Source of the DNA: Candidatus Saccharimonadota bacterium
Lineage (GTDB): Bacteria > Patescibacteriota > Saccharimonadia > Saccharimonadales > SZUA-47
Reading direction: 5' to 3'
Length of the DNA: 64,000 bases
NCBI GenBank assembly: GCA_016700315.1
Contig: CP065013.1
Span: 193,449 to 257,448 of the forward strand
Shown here piece after piece: positions 1-9,574 of the stretch; within the stretch, counting starts at the first letter, position 1, and every line of letters starts with the position of its first letter. The translations under genes and the position numbers were made by a program. Under the pieces are notes generated by a model. That model saw nothing but the letters and a program-made list of their open reading frames with translations, searched no databases and was not told where the DNA came from.

Positions 1-67
1 TTACTCTTAAGCACGCTCCTCGGGCAAGAATTATACCCAGAGAATATCCAAATTAGTAAGAATTGCT

Positions 68-1816
68 TTAGGCAAGTAGCTTAAACAGTAGATATAATGC
101 CATAATCACTACTGCGGTTATCGTACCACTCAGTATGGCTTGTTTCTGCTGTTTGGTTTTTCGAATACGATCTGACTCCTCGTTTAGCATCCACTTGGTC
201 GCCTCTAGTACAGAAGAATGCTCCATGCTCTGATCGTCAGCCACAGATAAATCATTTAGTGCGCTAGAAGTGGGCTGCATACCTTGGTAGGAGCTGCCTT
301 CGGATGAGAGGATCGAACCTATAGACGAGGCGCTGCTGTCTTTAATCTCGCGCTTTAGATCATAATCTTTTTCTCTGAAATTTTCGTTAATCTGACCATA
401 CTTAAGAAGTTCTTGCTCGTCTATCTGTGCAGACTCTCTTTCTTCGTATTTAAGGCCGGTTCTATCTAGCTCGATAGCTTCTATGGTATCTTCTTGGAGT
501 AACTCGGGTTTACGTTCATTGGACGCTACGGCTGATTTCTCTGGGGTCGAGTATTCCGAGCCATGGTTTTCGTTTTGGTAGACTTCGGCATTACCTACCC
601 TTTCGATTGTCTGTTCGTTGTTAGACAAACTAATCTGTTCTGCCTCGCTGGCCTTTCGCTCGAGATTTTCATTAACCTCTTGTTTGTTTGCCTCTTCTAG
701 GATGATAGTCTTTACATCTTCCGCCGTTACTACTTGCGGTCTGATTTCTGGCCTGCCAGTCTTGGCACTGTTATCACTCTTAGTTTCAAGCCGTACTAGC
801 CGCTCGTTAGTCTGAGTTTTGCTGTCCAACATCTCTTGCTTAACCTCAGAAAGAACTTTTTCTTCAACGCCTGCAGACCTACGCAAATCCTCGATCTCTT
901 TGGCTTGTTTTTTGACCTTGTTGTGTACTCGATGTATAGCATACCACTCGAGTAGATCCACGGGCCCAACGCCTCGTCTTTCTATTACTCGCTCAGTTTC
1001 AACAATTTTTTCGCTAGTCGAAGAGGGGGCAGCGGTCTCAGCATAGCCCGACTCAGGGGGTGGCACTTCACTTGTAGACAATTCTATCTCAGGCTCAGGC
1101 TCCTCAGGGGGTACTTCTGGAGGCTCTTCTGGTGGCTCTTCTCCACCGCCAGAACCGTCAAACTCGCTAGCAGGACTAATGTCTTCATCAACTTCTACAT
1201 GCTCAACACTCTCAGTGAAAATTTCTGTCTCAGGGGCGACAGCTTCTGGTTTAATCTTTGGCGGTCGCTCCGCGGGTGTCGGCACAATTGTCTTAGTAGG
1301 CGTAGTATCTTCAATTACTGTTTCTGCTTTATAGTCCGTTTCTTCCGGTACTGCTTCGTAATCAAAAATATCCTCGGCTTCTTCAATGTCATTGTCGGGG
1401 ACCACAGAGCTCTCAGCCGTTTCCTCTTCGACAATAGTTGCTTCTGGGTTAGACTCTTGAATATCTTCATCTGACTGCTCAACATCGTCTATTGGTTTTT
1501 CTTCGGTCTTAAAAATCGCACCAAGCGAAAATTCTTTTTTGTCTTCAGATTCACTCTTGTCCCCTGTTAGAGCACCAAAAAATGAGCCTAGTTTCTTAGA
1601 CTTTTTGTCGTCTTTTTTATCGTCTTTTTCTTCTTTTTTGTCGCTGTCTTTTTCTTCGTCATCGTCATCATCATCTTCGTGACTTTCTTTGCTGAAGAGT
1701 CCGCCTTCGCGACTGTTTTTCTTGGCAAGCTTATCTAAAATCTCGGCCCGTTTAGCATCCGCGTCGTCGCTAGAGCTGTTTTCGTGAGAATCGTGGGAGC
1801 TCGGATACCTGTCCAT
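68..1816 (-). CDS. hypothetical acidic low-complexity protein with C-terminal membrane anchor
   Basis: 582-aa ORF directly downstream of infB. D/E/K-rich N-terminal half and a single hydrophobic segment (ILSGTITAVVIMALYLLFKLLA) at the extreme C-terminus. No family recognised. Confidence 0.5.
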   Translation of the reverse strand: MDRYPSSHDSHENSSSDDADAKRAEILDKLAKKNSREGGLFSKESHEDDDDDDEEKDSDKKEEKDDKKDDKKSKKLGSFFGALTGDKSESEDKKEFSLGAIFKTEEKPIDDVEQSDEDIQESNPEATIVEEETAESSVVPDNDIEEAEDIFDYEAVPEETDYKAETVIEDTTPTKTIVPTPAERPPKIKPEAVAPETEIFTESVEHVEVDEDISPASEFDGSGGGEEPPEEPPEVPPEEPEPEIELSTSEVPPPESGYAETAAPSSTSEKIVETERVIERRGVGPVDLLEWYAIHRVHNKVKKQAKEIEDLRRSAGVEEKVLSEVKQEMLDSKTQTNERLVRLETKSDNSAKTGRPEIRPQVVTAEDVKTIILEEANKQEVNENLERKASEAEQISLSNNEQTIERVGNAEVYQNENHGSEYSTPEKSAVASNERKPELLQEDTIEAIELDRTGLKYEERESAQIDEQELLKYGQINENFREKDYDLKREIKDSSASSIGSILSSEGSSYQGMQPTSSALNDLSVADDQSMEHSSVLEATKWMLNEESDRIRKTKQQKQAILSGTITAVVIMALYLLFKLLA

Positions 1817-1822
1817 TTTAGT

Positions 1823-3580
1823 TTATAGAGTACGCTCTTTTACCTCGCGCGTAAAGAACTGTAGCTCGTCACCTTCCTCAATAATTAGCTTGCCGCTAGT
1901 CTTCAGCGATATCCCACAAAGTTCACCCTCGATGACTTCACTGGCCTCTTGAGGACCACGCTTAAGTAGGGTGAGCTGGGCTTCGGCGATCTCATCGCCT
2001 TTGCGGCTAACTCGAACTGTGGCTGGCATCGACAATTTGCCGCTTATGACTTCACCGCCGCAGATAACTTCTGTTTTGGTGGTTTTGAAAACTGCCTTAA
2101 CTACTAGGCGGCCCTTTACGGTTTCGACTACTTCGGGAGCTAGCAAGCTAGATAGTTCGGCTTTGACATCATCAATTAGTTCGTAAATTACGCGGTAAAG
2201 ACGCACATTAACTTTGTCACGAGCAGCCAATTGCTTGACACCACTAGGAAGGCCTACTTGAAAACCATAGATAATGGCATCGGAACTGTGCGCCATCAAA
2301 ACGTCGTTTTCATTGACATTGCCAACACCAGAACCGATTACTCTAACGGCTACTTCTTCGGTATCTAGGGCCTTTAGGCTGTCGATGACACTCGTCAAAG
2401 AGCCTTGGACATCTGCTTTTACGATAATGTTGCGCTCGCTTAGGTTGGTGCTGCGATTCATCATGCGCAAAAGTTCACCACTGGATAGGTTGTTGTAAAC
2501 ATTGGAAGATTCCTTGGCGGTATGGGCTGCCGAAAGCTCACGAGCCTCGCGCTCACTGCTAACTGCGCGGAATTCGTCGCCAAACTGTGGCAGAGTTTTG
2601 AACCCAACGATAACCGCTGGGGTTGAAGGGCCAGCCGACTTTAGTGCTTTACCGAGCGTACTTTCAAGATTGCGAACTTTGGCGTAAGAGCCACCGGCCA
2701 CAATAAATTGGCCGACTTTGAGTGTGCCCTCCTCCACTAGAACTTCGGCGATAGAACCGCGGCCTTTTTCCATATGTGATTCTATGACCAGGCCTCTGGC
2801 TGGGACATCTGATCGCGCCTTTAACTCTTCGATGTCGGTAACAAGCAGGACCATTTCGATAAGCTTGTCGATACCTTCGCCTGTTTTAGCTGAGACCGGC
2901 ACAACGACCGTGTCACCGCCCCATTCTTCTATCAGAAGGTTTTGTTCGGCAAGCTGCTGCTTTAGCCTGTCGGGGTTAGCGCCCTCTTTATCCATTTTGT
3001 TCATGGCAACGATCATGCGCACTCCAGCCTTGCGTGCAAAACGTATGGCCTCTAAAGTCTGCGGCTTGATACCGTCATCGGCAGCTACCACGATTATTAC
3101 AAGGTCTGTCAGATGCGCGCCATGTTCACGAAGGGCTGCAAAAGCTTCGTGCCCTGGAGTATCTAAAAATGTGATACCACGACCCTTATGCTCAATCTGA
3201 TACGCACTGATGTGTTGAGTGATGCCACCGGCCTCGCCTTTGGCGACACTGCTGCCGCGGATTTGGTCGAGTAGGCTAGTTTTGCCGTGATCGACATGTC
3301 CCATCACAGCAATAATTGGTGGTCGCTGTTCGCCACCGCTACTGCGGCGCTCGGAGCGATCCTTGGGCGCATCTTTTTCGGCTTTTTTGCGCACTAGTTC
3401 AACTTCTATGCCTAACTCCCCGACAATGATCTGCGCGGTTTCGTAGTCAATTTTTTCGTTGACGGTAGCAAAAACGCCGTTTTTCATTAGTTCACCAATC
3501 AACTTGGTGACTGGTAACATCAGTAGATCGGCCAGAGCGCCAACCGTAATGAGCTGATCGATTTCGATAGTCCGTTGCAT
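1823..3580 (-). CDS. infB: translation initiation factor IF-2
   Basis: 585 aa with GTPase motifs GHVDHGKTSLLD, DTPGH and NKMD, and IF-2 C-terminal domains. Confidence 0.95.
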   Translation of the reverse strand: MQRTIEIDQLITVGALADLLMLPVTKLIGELMKNGVFATVNEKIDYETAQIIVGELGIEVELVRKKAEKDAPKDRSERRSSGGEQRPPIIAVMGHVDHGKTSLLDQIRGSSVAKGEAGGITQHISAYQIEHKGRGITFLDTPGHEAFAALREHGAHLTDLVIIVVAADDGIKPQTLEAIRFARKAGVRMIVAMNKMDKEGANPDRLKQQLAEQNLLIEEWGGDTVVVPVSAKTGEGIDKLIEMVLLVTDIEELKARSDVPARGLVIESHMEKGRGSIAEVLVEEGTLKVGQFIVAGGSYAKVRNLESTLGKALKSAGPSTPAVIVGFKTLPQFGDEFRAVSSEREARELSAAHTAKESSNVYNNLSSGELLRMMNRSTNLSERNIIVKADVQGSLTSVIDSLKALDTEEVAVRVIGSGVGNVNENDVLMAHSSDAIIYGFQVGLPSGVKQLAARDKVNVRLYRVIYELIDDVKAELSSLLAPEVVETVKGRLVVKAVFKTTKTEVICGGEVISGKLSMPATVRVSRKGDEIAEAQLTLLKRGPQEASEVIEGELCGISLKTSGKLIIEEGDELQFFTREVKERTL

Positions 3581-3634
3581 CTGAGTGGCGCTCCTTTCTT
3601 TTTGCCTAAGCTAAATTTACATGGGGGCTATTGG

Positions 3635-4756
3635 TTATTTATCGGCTTCGGCCTCTTTGCTGGAATCAGCTTTTTTGGCTGATTTTTTGGCTGGCTTGTC
3701 GGCCTTGCCTTTGAGGCTTAGTGCAATTTTACGAGATTCTTCATCGATATCGATGACAGTAAAGTTCTTGGTTTCGTTAACTTTGAACACCTTCTCTGGG
3801 TCGTTGCCTTCGCCGTCGCCTAGCTCAGAAACGTGAACAAGTGCTTCGACGCTTGGGCTAAGCTGAACAAATGCACCGAAAGGCGTGATGCGGGTAACAC
3901 GGCCCTCAACTTGGTCGCCTTTTTTGAACTGCTTAACTTCACCTAGCCATGGGTCTTCTTGCATCTGCTTAAGGCTAAGACTGAGGCGCTCTTTGTCGAT
4001 AGCGATGATTTTGGCTTTTACTTTTTCACCGGTTTTGACGTATTTACGAGGGTCTTCGACTCTTTCCCAGCTGATTTCACTGATATGGATTAAGCCTTCG
4101 ATACCGTCTACGTTAACAAAGGCACCAAAATCAATCACACCGGTGACAATGCCTTCTACTTCATCGCCGACTTTGAGCGATTCAAAACGAGCTTGCATGC
4201 GATCTTTGATAGCTTCTTTTTCACTGAAAATCAGTTTATTTTCTTTTTTGCTAACATCGAGAACACGTACGCTCAGCGGTATCTTGACCAAGGAATTTAA
4301 CTTCTGCAGAATTTCGTCTTTGTCGGCACCAGAAACACGTGGATAATGATCGGGTGAAAGCTGGCTAACAGGTAAGAACCCACGAATTCCTTCTAGCTCG
4401 ATCAGTAAGCCGCCTCTGTTAGCATCATAGGCTTGTACTTCGATAGTTTCGCCGGCTTGTTGAACCCTGGTAAGCTCATCCCAACCGCGATCTTTGGCGG
4501 CGCGACGCATACTAAGCAGTGCATAGCCTTCGTCCATCTCAGGATCAACGACGCTTACTACCAAACTTTGGCCTGGTTCTAGGGTCTGATTACCCAACTC
4601 ACGTCGAACGACCATACCTGAGCCGTAAGAACCAAGATCGATCCACACCTCATGCTTTAGTACGCTAGAGACTGTCCCTTCGACAACGTCTCCAGACTTT
4701 AGTTGTTTTATATCGGATGAAGCTAAAAGATCATCCATAGTTACTGCTTTAGACAT
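3635..4756 (-). CDS. rpsA: 30S ribosomal protein S1
   Basis: 373 aa with repeated S1 domains (for example DFGAFVNVDGIEGLIHISE and PFGAFVQLSPSVEALVHVSE) and a basic C-terminal tail. Confidence 0.9.
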   Translation of the reverse strand: MSKAVTMDDLLASSDIKQLKSGDVVEGTVSSVLKHEVWIDLGSYGSGMVVRRELGNQTLEPGQSLVVSVVDPEMDEGYALLSMRRAAKDRGWDELTRVQQAGETIEVQAYDANRGGLLIELEGIRGFLPVSQLSPDHYPRVSGADKDEILQKLNSLVKIPLSVRVLDVSKKENKLIFSEKEAIKDRMQARFESLKVGDEVEGIVTGVIDFGAFVNVDGIEGLIHISEISWERVEDPRKYVKTGEKVKAKIIAIDKERLSLSLKQMQEDPWLGEVKQFKKGDQVEGRVTRITPFGAFVQLSPSVEALVHVSELGDGEGNDPEKVFKVNETKNFTVIDIDEESRKIALSLKGKADKPAKKSAKKADSSKEAEADK

Positions 4757-4910
4757 TTTATAAAATGCCTCCTTATTGCTTACGGCACCCCGTAGAGTGT
4801 TGTTCCGCCAAACTTTAAGTTAATTATACTCTGTTTTATATCTGTAAGCAAGAGAAGTGTTCTAGCAAATCCCAATTTTCATAATTTTCAATTTTCAAAA
4901 AATTGCCGAG

Positions 4911-4952
4911 CTGCTACTCAGTACTCGGTACTTGCTACTTGCTACTTGCTAC
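4911..4952. repeat. six in-phase heptamers (CTGCTAC TCAGTAC TCGGTAC TTGCTAC x3)
   Basis: TAC recurs every 7 nt by hand count, directly upstream of the ROK kinase start. Confidence 0.8.
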
Positions 4953-4967
4953 TTCATAATTGTGCTT

Positions 4968-5777
4968 ATGGTTTTAGCAATTGATGTAGGTGGCACAAAA
5001 ACGCTTTTGGCAGTGTTCACGCAGGATGGCGAGTTAAAACAGTCTGTTAAGTTCCCTACACCTCCGGACTACAATGATTTTCTACTTGAATTGGCAAAGA
5101 ATGTAGACAGTCTCACAACGAACAAATTTATGATATGTGTCACAGCGTTGCCAGGCAGAATTAATCGCAGCAGAGGCATAGCTATCTCTTTTGGCAACTT
5201 GACTTGGTCTAATCTGCCGATCGTTGATAATCTTGAAAAAGTCGTTGGTTGCAAGGTTTTAATCGAGAACGACGCTAACCTTGCTGGTCTTTCGGAGGCA
5301 AATGAAGCTCAGGCAAAGAAATATAATAAGGTTATATACATCACCGTTAGTACTGGGATCGGCTGTGGCATAGTTGTAGGGGGAAAATTAGACCCTGAAG
5401 AGTTGGATGCAGAAGTTGGACATATGCTGCTTGAGTACGGCGACAAACTACAACGCTGGGAAGAATTTGCCAGCGGCAAAGCCATAGTTGCTCGTACCGG
5501 CAAACGAGCCGCTGACATACCCGCTGGTGATCCACTGTGGTATTCAATCGCACGTAATATTGCTATCGGGCTAATCAATGTAGTGGCAACACAAACCCCT
5601 GATTGCATAGTGATTGGCGGCGGGGTTGGCTCGCACTTTGCAAAGTTCGAGGAACACCTAAAAGAAGAAATGAGACTATACGAAGACAAAATGCTACGCG
5701 TACCACCGATTCTGCCAGCCGTAAGAGCTGAAGAGGCAGTAATTTACGGAGCTTACTTAATGGCAAAACAAAACTGA
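4968..5777 (+). CDS. ROK-family sugar kinase (glucokinase-like)
   Basis: N-terminus MVLAIDVGGTKT is the typical ROK/ASKHA phosphate-1 motif, with a glycine-rich GIGCGIV segment. I prefer the ATG at 4968, because the track start at 4932 is a TTG inside the heptamer run. Confidence 0.8.
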   Translation: MVLAIDVGGTKTLLAVFTQDGELKQSVKFPTPPDYNDFLLELAKNVDSLTTNKFMICVTALPGRINRSRGIAISFGNLTWSNLPIVDNLEKVVGCKVLIENDANLAGLSEANEAQAKKYNKVIYITVSTGIGCGIVVGGKLDPEELDAEVGHMLLEYGDKLQRWEEFASGKAIVARTGKRAADIPAGDPLWYSIARNIAIGLINVVATQTPDCIVIGGGVGSHFAKFEEHLKEEMRLYEDKMLRVPPILPAVRAEEAVIYGAYLMAKQN

Positions 5778-5800
5778 TCTAACTGAAGCCTAAACGCAAG

Positions 5801-6286
5801 GTGTGCCAGCCATTAAACTTCAGATATACTGTTGTTATGGATCTGCTGAGTAAACTTAAGAATGACTACCCTAACCTAAACTTTGAGGAAGGAATAAGCT
5901 ACTACTGGTCACCAGAAAGAGGTACGGTATATTTTGTAGGTGACGATATGCAAATTAGCGGTCAATGGTCTCTGTTGCACGAAGTTGGGCATGCCCTGCT
6001 TACACACCAAAAATATAGCTCTGACTTTGAACTGTTGCAGCTGGAAATGGAAGCCTGGGAAGAAGCAGTTAAACTTAGCAAAGCCTATAGAGTAAAAATC
6101 CCGAACAATCATGTCCAAGATTGCTTAGACACCTACCGTGATTGGCTCCATGCTAGAGGTCGTTGTCCTAAATGCGAGGCTCAGGGCCTACAGACCACAT
6201 CAAAGCAGTACAGCTGTCTGCGCTGTGGCAGTAAGTGGCAAGTTAGCTCAGCCAAGTTCTGTCGGCCGTATCGACGAAAAGTCTAG
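5801..6286 (+). CDS. putative zinc metallopeptidase-like protein with C-terminal zinc ribbon
   Basis: HEVGH (HExxH) motif plus CPKC...CLRC cysteine pairs. The start is uncertain (GTG 5801 or ATG 5837). Confidence 0.5.
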   Translation: MCQPLNFRYTVVMDLLSKLKNDYPNLNFEEGISYYWSPERGTVYFVGDDMQISGQWSLLHEVGHALLTHQKYSSDFELLQLEMEAWEEAVKLSKAYRVKIPNNHVQDCLDTYRDWLHARGRCPKCEAQGLQTTSKQYSCLRCGSKWQVSSAKFCRPYRRKV

Positions 6287-7167
6287 GCAACCAGCTGTTT
6301 AGAATCTGGATTTGGCAGATACCCACCGGCATAACCACGCTTTGGTACGCCATAGATAAACTTTAGTCCTTGCGAGGGCGCCCAATTATCGATAAAATAC
6401 TGCGCCGATTCCTCACTGACATGCCCGGTTAATACAACTTTTGTTGAATTAGGATCGCCATTGTTGGTTGTAAGCAGAGCCACTGAATTTTTTACCACTA
6501 CTGCAACTTGGGCTGAAAGATACTCTAAGGAATAACCATCTCCTAGTTGTTCTTTTCGCAAATCGCTTACGGGCTGTCCGATAAAATCCAATTTTGTAGA
6601 GTTATTGAGCGCTTCGCTGTAAGCTTGGACTAACCGTTTCACAGTAGAACGGTCTACGCTGTGAGATTTAGCAATTTCGTCGATCGTAAGCTTCAGCACT
6701 TCTTCAGGACTAACATTTGGCACTTCACCACGATAGGCTGCTGCAAAATTATGATCGCTTGCAGCTAGAATCTCATCTTCGTGAGTGGGCTTAAGACCTA
6801 AATACAACAAAACTTGTCCCAATGAGGATGCTCTTAAGGCTTCTGAGGCTGGCAAATCATAGCCTGGATCACCAGGGCGATGATGATCGATACGAACAAA
6901 TTCTTGTACCCCTTGAGGCTGACATTCTACAAAAACCGCTTTGTGCCCTAGTGGGATTTCAGTTGTTCTAGCTTGGTATGCAGTTTGGCCGTTAACAGGA
7001 CCGCCGTTTGGAGATAATGCTTCGACGTAGGATAGACCTTGGCCGTCCAAAATATCGCGTATGCGGCGCATCTCAGGATCATCTGCGCCAAGGACAAAGT
7101 AAGGTATGAGTGCTTCTGGACTGGTTGCCATATTATTTAGCTTAACATTTTTAAGCATATTTTGCAA
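6283..7167 (-). CDS. hypothetical protein (possible DHH-like phosphoesterase)
   Basis: 294-aa ORF with an IDHHRPGDPG segment reminiscent of the DHH motif. The start is uncertain (7167 TTG, 7158 or 7131 ATG). Confidence 0.45.
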   Translation of the reverse strand: MQNMLKNVKLNNMATSPEALIPYFVLGADDPEMRRIRDILDGQGLSYVEALSPNGGPVNGQTAYQARTTEIPLGHKAVFVECQPQGVQEFVRIDHHRPGDPGYDLPASEALRASSLGQVLLYLGLKPTHEDEILAASDHNFAAAYRGEVPNVSPEEVLKLTIDEIAKSHSVDRSTVKRLVQAYSEALNNSTKLDFIGQPVSDLRKEQLGDGYSLEYLSAQVAVVVKNSVALLTTNNGDPNSTKVVLTGHVSEESAQYFIDNWAPSQGLKFIYGVPKRGYAGGYLPNPDSKQLVA

Positions 7168-7236
7168 AATGACAAATTTAACTCCTCTACAGGTCTAGAG
7201 GAGTTAAATTAAAGAGTCGCTAGTTTATTGGATAAC

Positions 7237-7431
7237 TTAGGCTTTTTTGCTGCGGCGACTGATGCGGCCACCTTTGGCGCCAGCAATACGAGCTAGTTCA
7301 CGGTTAGCGAAAAAGCCACCGGTTTTGCCTTTTTTACCACCGGCTGCACCGATTTTTGCGTAAAAATCACTACCGTACTTTGCTTTGTTTGTAGCGGCTG
7401 CTGCGCGGCCACCTGCTTTTGTTCCTGCCAT
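7237..7431 (-). CDS. KGG-repeat general stress protein (YciG-like)
   Basis: Small basic Gly/Lys/Ala-rich protein (GGKKGKTGGF, GAKGGRISRR). SD GAAGGAG lies 8 nt upstream of the ATG at 7431. A terminator-like hairpin sits at 7181-7206. Confidence 0.7.
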   Translation of the reverse strand: MAGTKAGGRAAAATNKAKYGSDFYAKIGAAGGKKGKTGGFFANRELARIAGAKGGRISRRSKKA

Positions 7432-7815
7432 TTGATATTCTCCTTCGTGCGCGCTCCTTTGGTGCTGCACATCTTGGATGCATGCTCCGCTTCGTAGGAC
7501 TCAGCGTACTTCATAGTACGCTTACGCCTCCGATGCTCGTCTGCATCAAACCTGCACTAGCACAAAGAACCACTTAACAGTGGAAATGGTAAGCTTTTTA
7601 GCTTCCAAATCCAGGCTGCTAGTTAATAATTTTGACTCCACGCTTCTAGTTGGATGCCAAACAAAAAAGAGGCTTTAACAGCTAACTCTTTCTTGCTCTC
7701 GCAAGTTAAGTATTGTTAACTATTTACCCTCTTTTTGTTTGGCTTCTTTCGAAGTTACTTTAACTTTAGCACAATGAATTGCTTATGTCAAATTTTTTTG
7801 ATATTATATAATCTA

Positions 7816-8280
7816 ATGAGCAAGTTTGTTATCAAAGAAGTCAGAGAAATTGATTATGCACTGGTAAGCGCAGCCAGAGACTTATCTTCATTACTTACTT
7901 CTAGTAACCAGGTTACTCTTACGAAGAGCTACCTGGAGCTTATGGTTGCTAATCCCTGTAACTACTGGCTTGTGGCCCAGGAAACTACTACCCGAAAGTA
8001 CCTTGGTATGGCTTCTTTGGTCATTATGCACATGCCGACTAATGTAAGGGCAAGCTTGGAAAATGTTGCCGTTTTACCTAGTGAAGCAGGAAAAGGCATA
8101 GGCACTGCGCTGTGTTTTGAAGCCAAAAGGATAGCCGATGAAAATGAAGTTAACACCCTGCGCGCAGCGGCATTAAAAAATAATACAGCATCCCTAAGAA
8201 TGCTAGAAAAAGCAGGCTTTGTAGTAGAATATTCTATGGATTATTTGGAGTGTAGCATTTCAAGGGGCCCTAGATTTTAA
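7816..8280 (+). CDS. GNAT-family N-acetyltransferase
   Basis: Acetyl-CoA binding-like motif (VLPSEAGKGIGTAL) and a GNAT-size protein. The ATG at 7816 is preceded by TTGCTT-17-TATTAT with no SD. Confidence 0.7.
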   Translation: MSKFVIKEVREIDYALVSAARDLSSLLTSSNQVTLTKSYLELMVANPCNYWLVAQETTTRKYLGMASLVIMHMPTNVRASLENVAVLPSEAGKGIGTALCFEAKRIADENEVNTLRAAALKNNTASLRMLEKAGFVVEYSMDYLECSISRGPRF

Positions 8281-8328
8281 GAGTATGACTAATAATAAGT
8301 GTTATTTTTACTGCTATAATTAGCTGAC

Positions 8329-8817
8329 ATGGCAGAGCATGATATTTTTCATCAGATTTTAGATGTGCTAAAAACAGACAACTGCTGGCATGAGACTTTT
8401 GAGCACGGCCAAACAGTACGCACTAGCGAGGAAGCCGCTGCCCTGCGCCCCAATTACACGCTTAGCGAAGGTGCCAAAGCCTTGATTGTTCGACTGAAAA
8501 TTCCTAACCAAGGCAAGAGATTTGCTATGGCAGTGCTGCCAGGTGACAAGAAATTTGACAGCAAAAAGCTCAAAATCGCTAGCGGCGCTAATGATCTGAG
8601 GTTTGCCACTGAAGAGGAGGTCTCGGAACTAACTAAGGGCATAAAACCAGGTGGAGTGCCGCCTTTTGGCAACCTGTTTGGTATCGCAGTCTATGCAGAC
8701 AGTGGTGTTTTTGACAACGTAAAGATAATTTTTAATGCTGGCCGCGACGTGTCAATAGCGATGTATAGTGAGGATTACAGAAAACTTGTTGAACCGATCG
8801 TTGGTAGTATCGTTTAG
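8329..8817 (+). CDS. YbaK/ProX-type aminoacyl-tRNA editing domain protein
   Basis: 162 aa with a GGVPPFG motif and the overall YbaK/EbsC pattern. Confidence 0.7.
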   Translation: MAEHDIFHQILDVLKTDNCWHETFEHGQTVRTSEEAAALRPNYTLSEGAKALIVRLKIPNQGKRFAMAVLPGDKKFDSKKLKIASGANDLRFATEEEVSELTKGIKPGGVPPFGNLFGIAVYADSGVFDNVKIIFNAGRDVSIAMYSEDYRKLVEPIVGSIV

Positions 8818-9351
8818 ATGGACGCGGCACAAGAGCTTCTAGAAGCTGGCGCGGTAGGAGTTCTACCAACTGACACTATCTATGGGCTTGCTGCTCGTGC
8901 TCTTGACCAAAAAGCAGTAGCCAGACTCTATGCGTTAAAAAACCGTCGTAATAAGCCTGGAACTGTAATTGCTAGTGGGCTGGACCAGCTGATCGGGCTA
9001 GGTTTAAACGCTCGGCAACTCAAGGAAGCTGAACGGTTCTGGCCCGGCCCAGTTAGCGTTATTATCGACTGCCCTTCTAAAAACTTAGAATACCTACGCA
9101 TGGGCTCAAAAAGTCTTGCCGTTAGGATTCCTAAAGATGAAAAACTACGTCATGTACTAGAGAAGACCGGGCCACTTCTAACAACCAGCGCCAATACACC
9201 CGACGACCCTCCTTCAAACACTATCGAAGAAGCTAAAAGCTATTTCGGTGACAAGGTCGACTTCTACATCGACGGTGGCAATCTAAGCAGCCGAAAGCCT
9301 TCGAAAATCATTACCATCAACGATCTAGGCCAAGTAACAGTGCTACGGTAG
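8818..9351 (+). CDS. tsaC: L-threonylcarbamoyladenylate synthase (YrdC/TsaC family)
   Basis: 177 aa with the LPTDTIYGLAA motif and the TTSAN segment typical of YrdC/Sua5. Confidence 0.8.
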   Translation: MDAAQELLEAGAVGVLPTDTIYGLAARALDQKAVARLYALKNRRNKPGTVIASGLDQLIGLGLNARQLKEAERFWPGPVSVIIDCPSKNLEYLRMGSKSLAVRIPKDEKLRHVLEKTGPLLTTSANTPDDPPSNTIEEAKSYFGDKVDFYIDGGNLSSRKPSKIITINDLGQVTVLR

Positions 9352-9478
9352 AACAACATCTCACGATAGATGCAGGCGCTTTCTCTTCTATGACGTTTAT
9401 AATTGACAGATTGGTAATCAAGCTATAAAATATAGCGATTATGGTGATTTGCATAGATTCTAAGAAGTGCAAGCTTAT

Positions 9479-9547
9479 GCCCTTTTGGGGATAGTTTGCT
9501 AATTCCTTAATCAATAAGCAAACTACCGCCCCAAAAGGGCGGTTTTT
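9479..9547 (+). terminator. long hairpin plus T-tract terminator after tsaC
   Basis: GCCCTTTTGGGGATAGTTTGCT (9479-9500) pairs with AGCAAACTACCGCCCCAAAAGGGC (9517-9540). An inner CCGCCC/GGGCGG stem is followed by TTTTT. Confidence 0.6.
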
Positions 9548-9574
9548 ATTTGCAAAATTAAGTTAAGGAGTTTT

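Noticed and set aside
9479-9547. Terminator/antiterminator (attenuator) upstream of the 9575 gene
   Set aside because: The alternative pairing is simply the lower part of one long 22-bp hairpin that itself ends at the T-tract. A single strong terminator for tsaC is the simpler reading.
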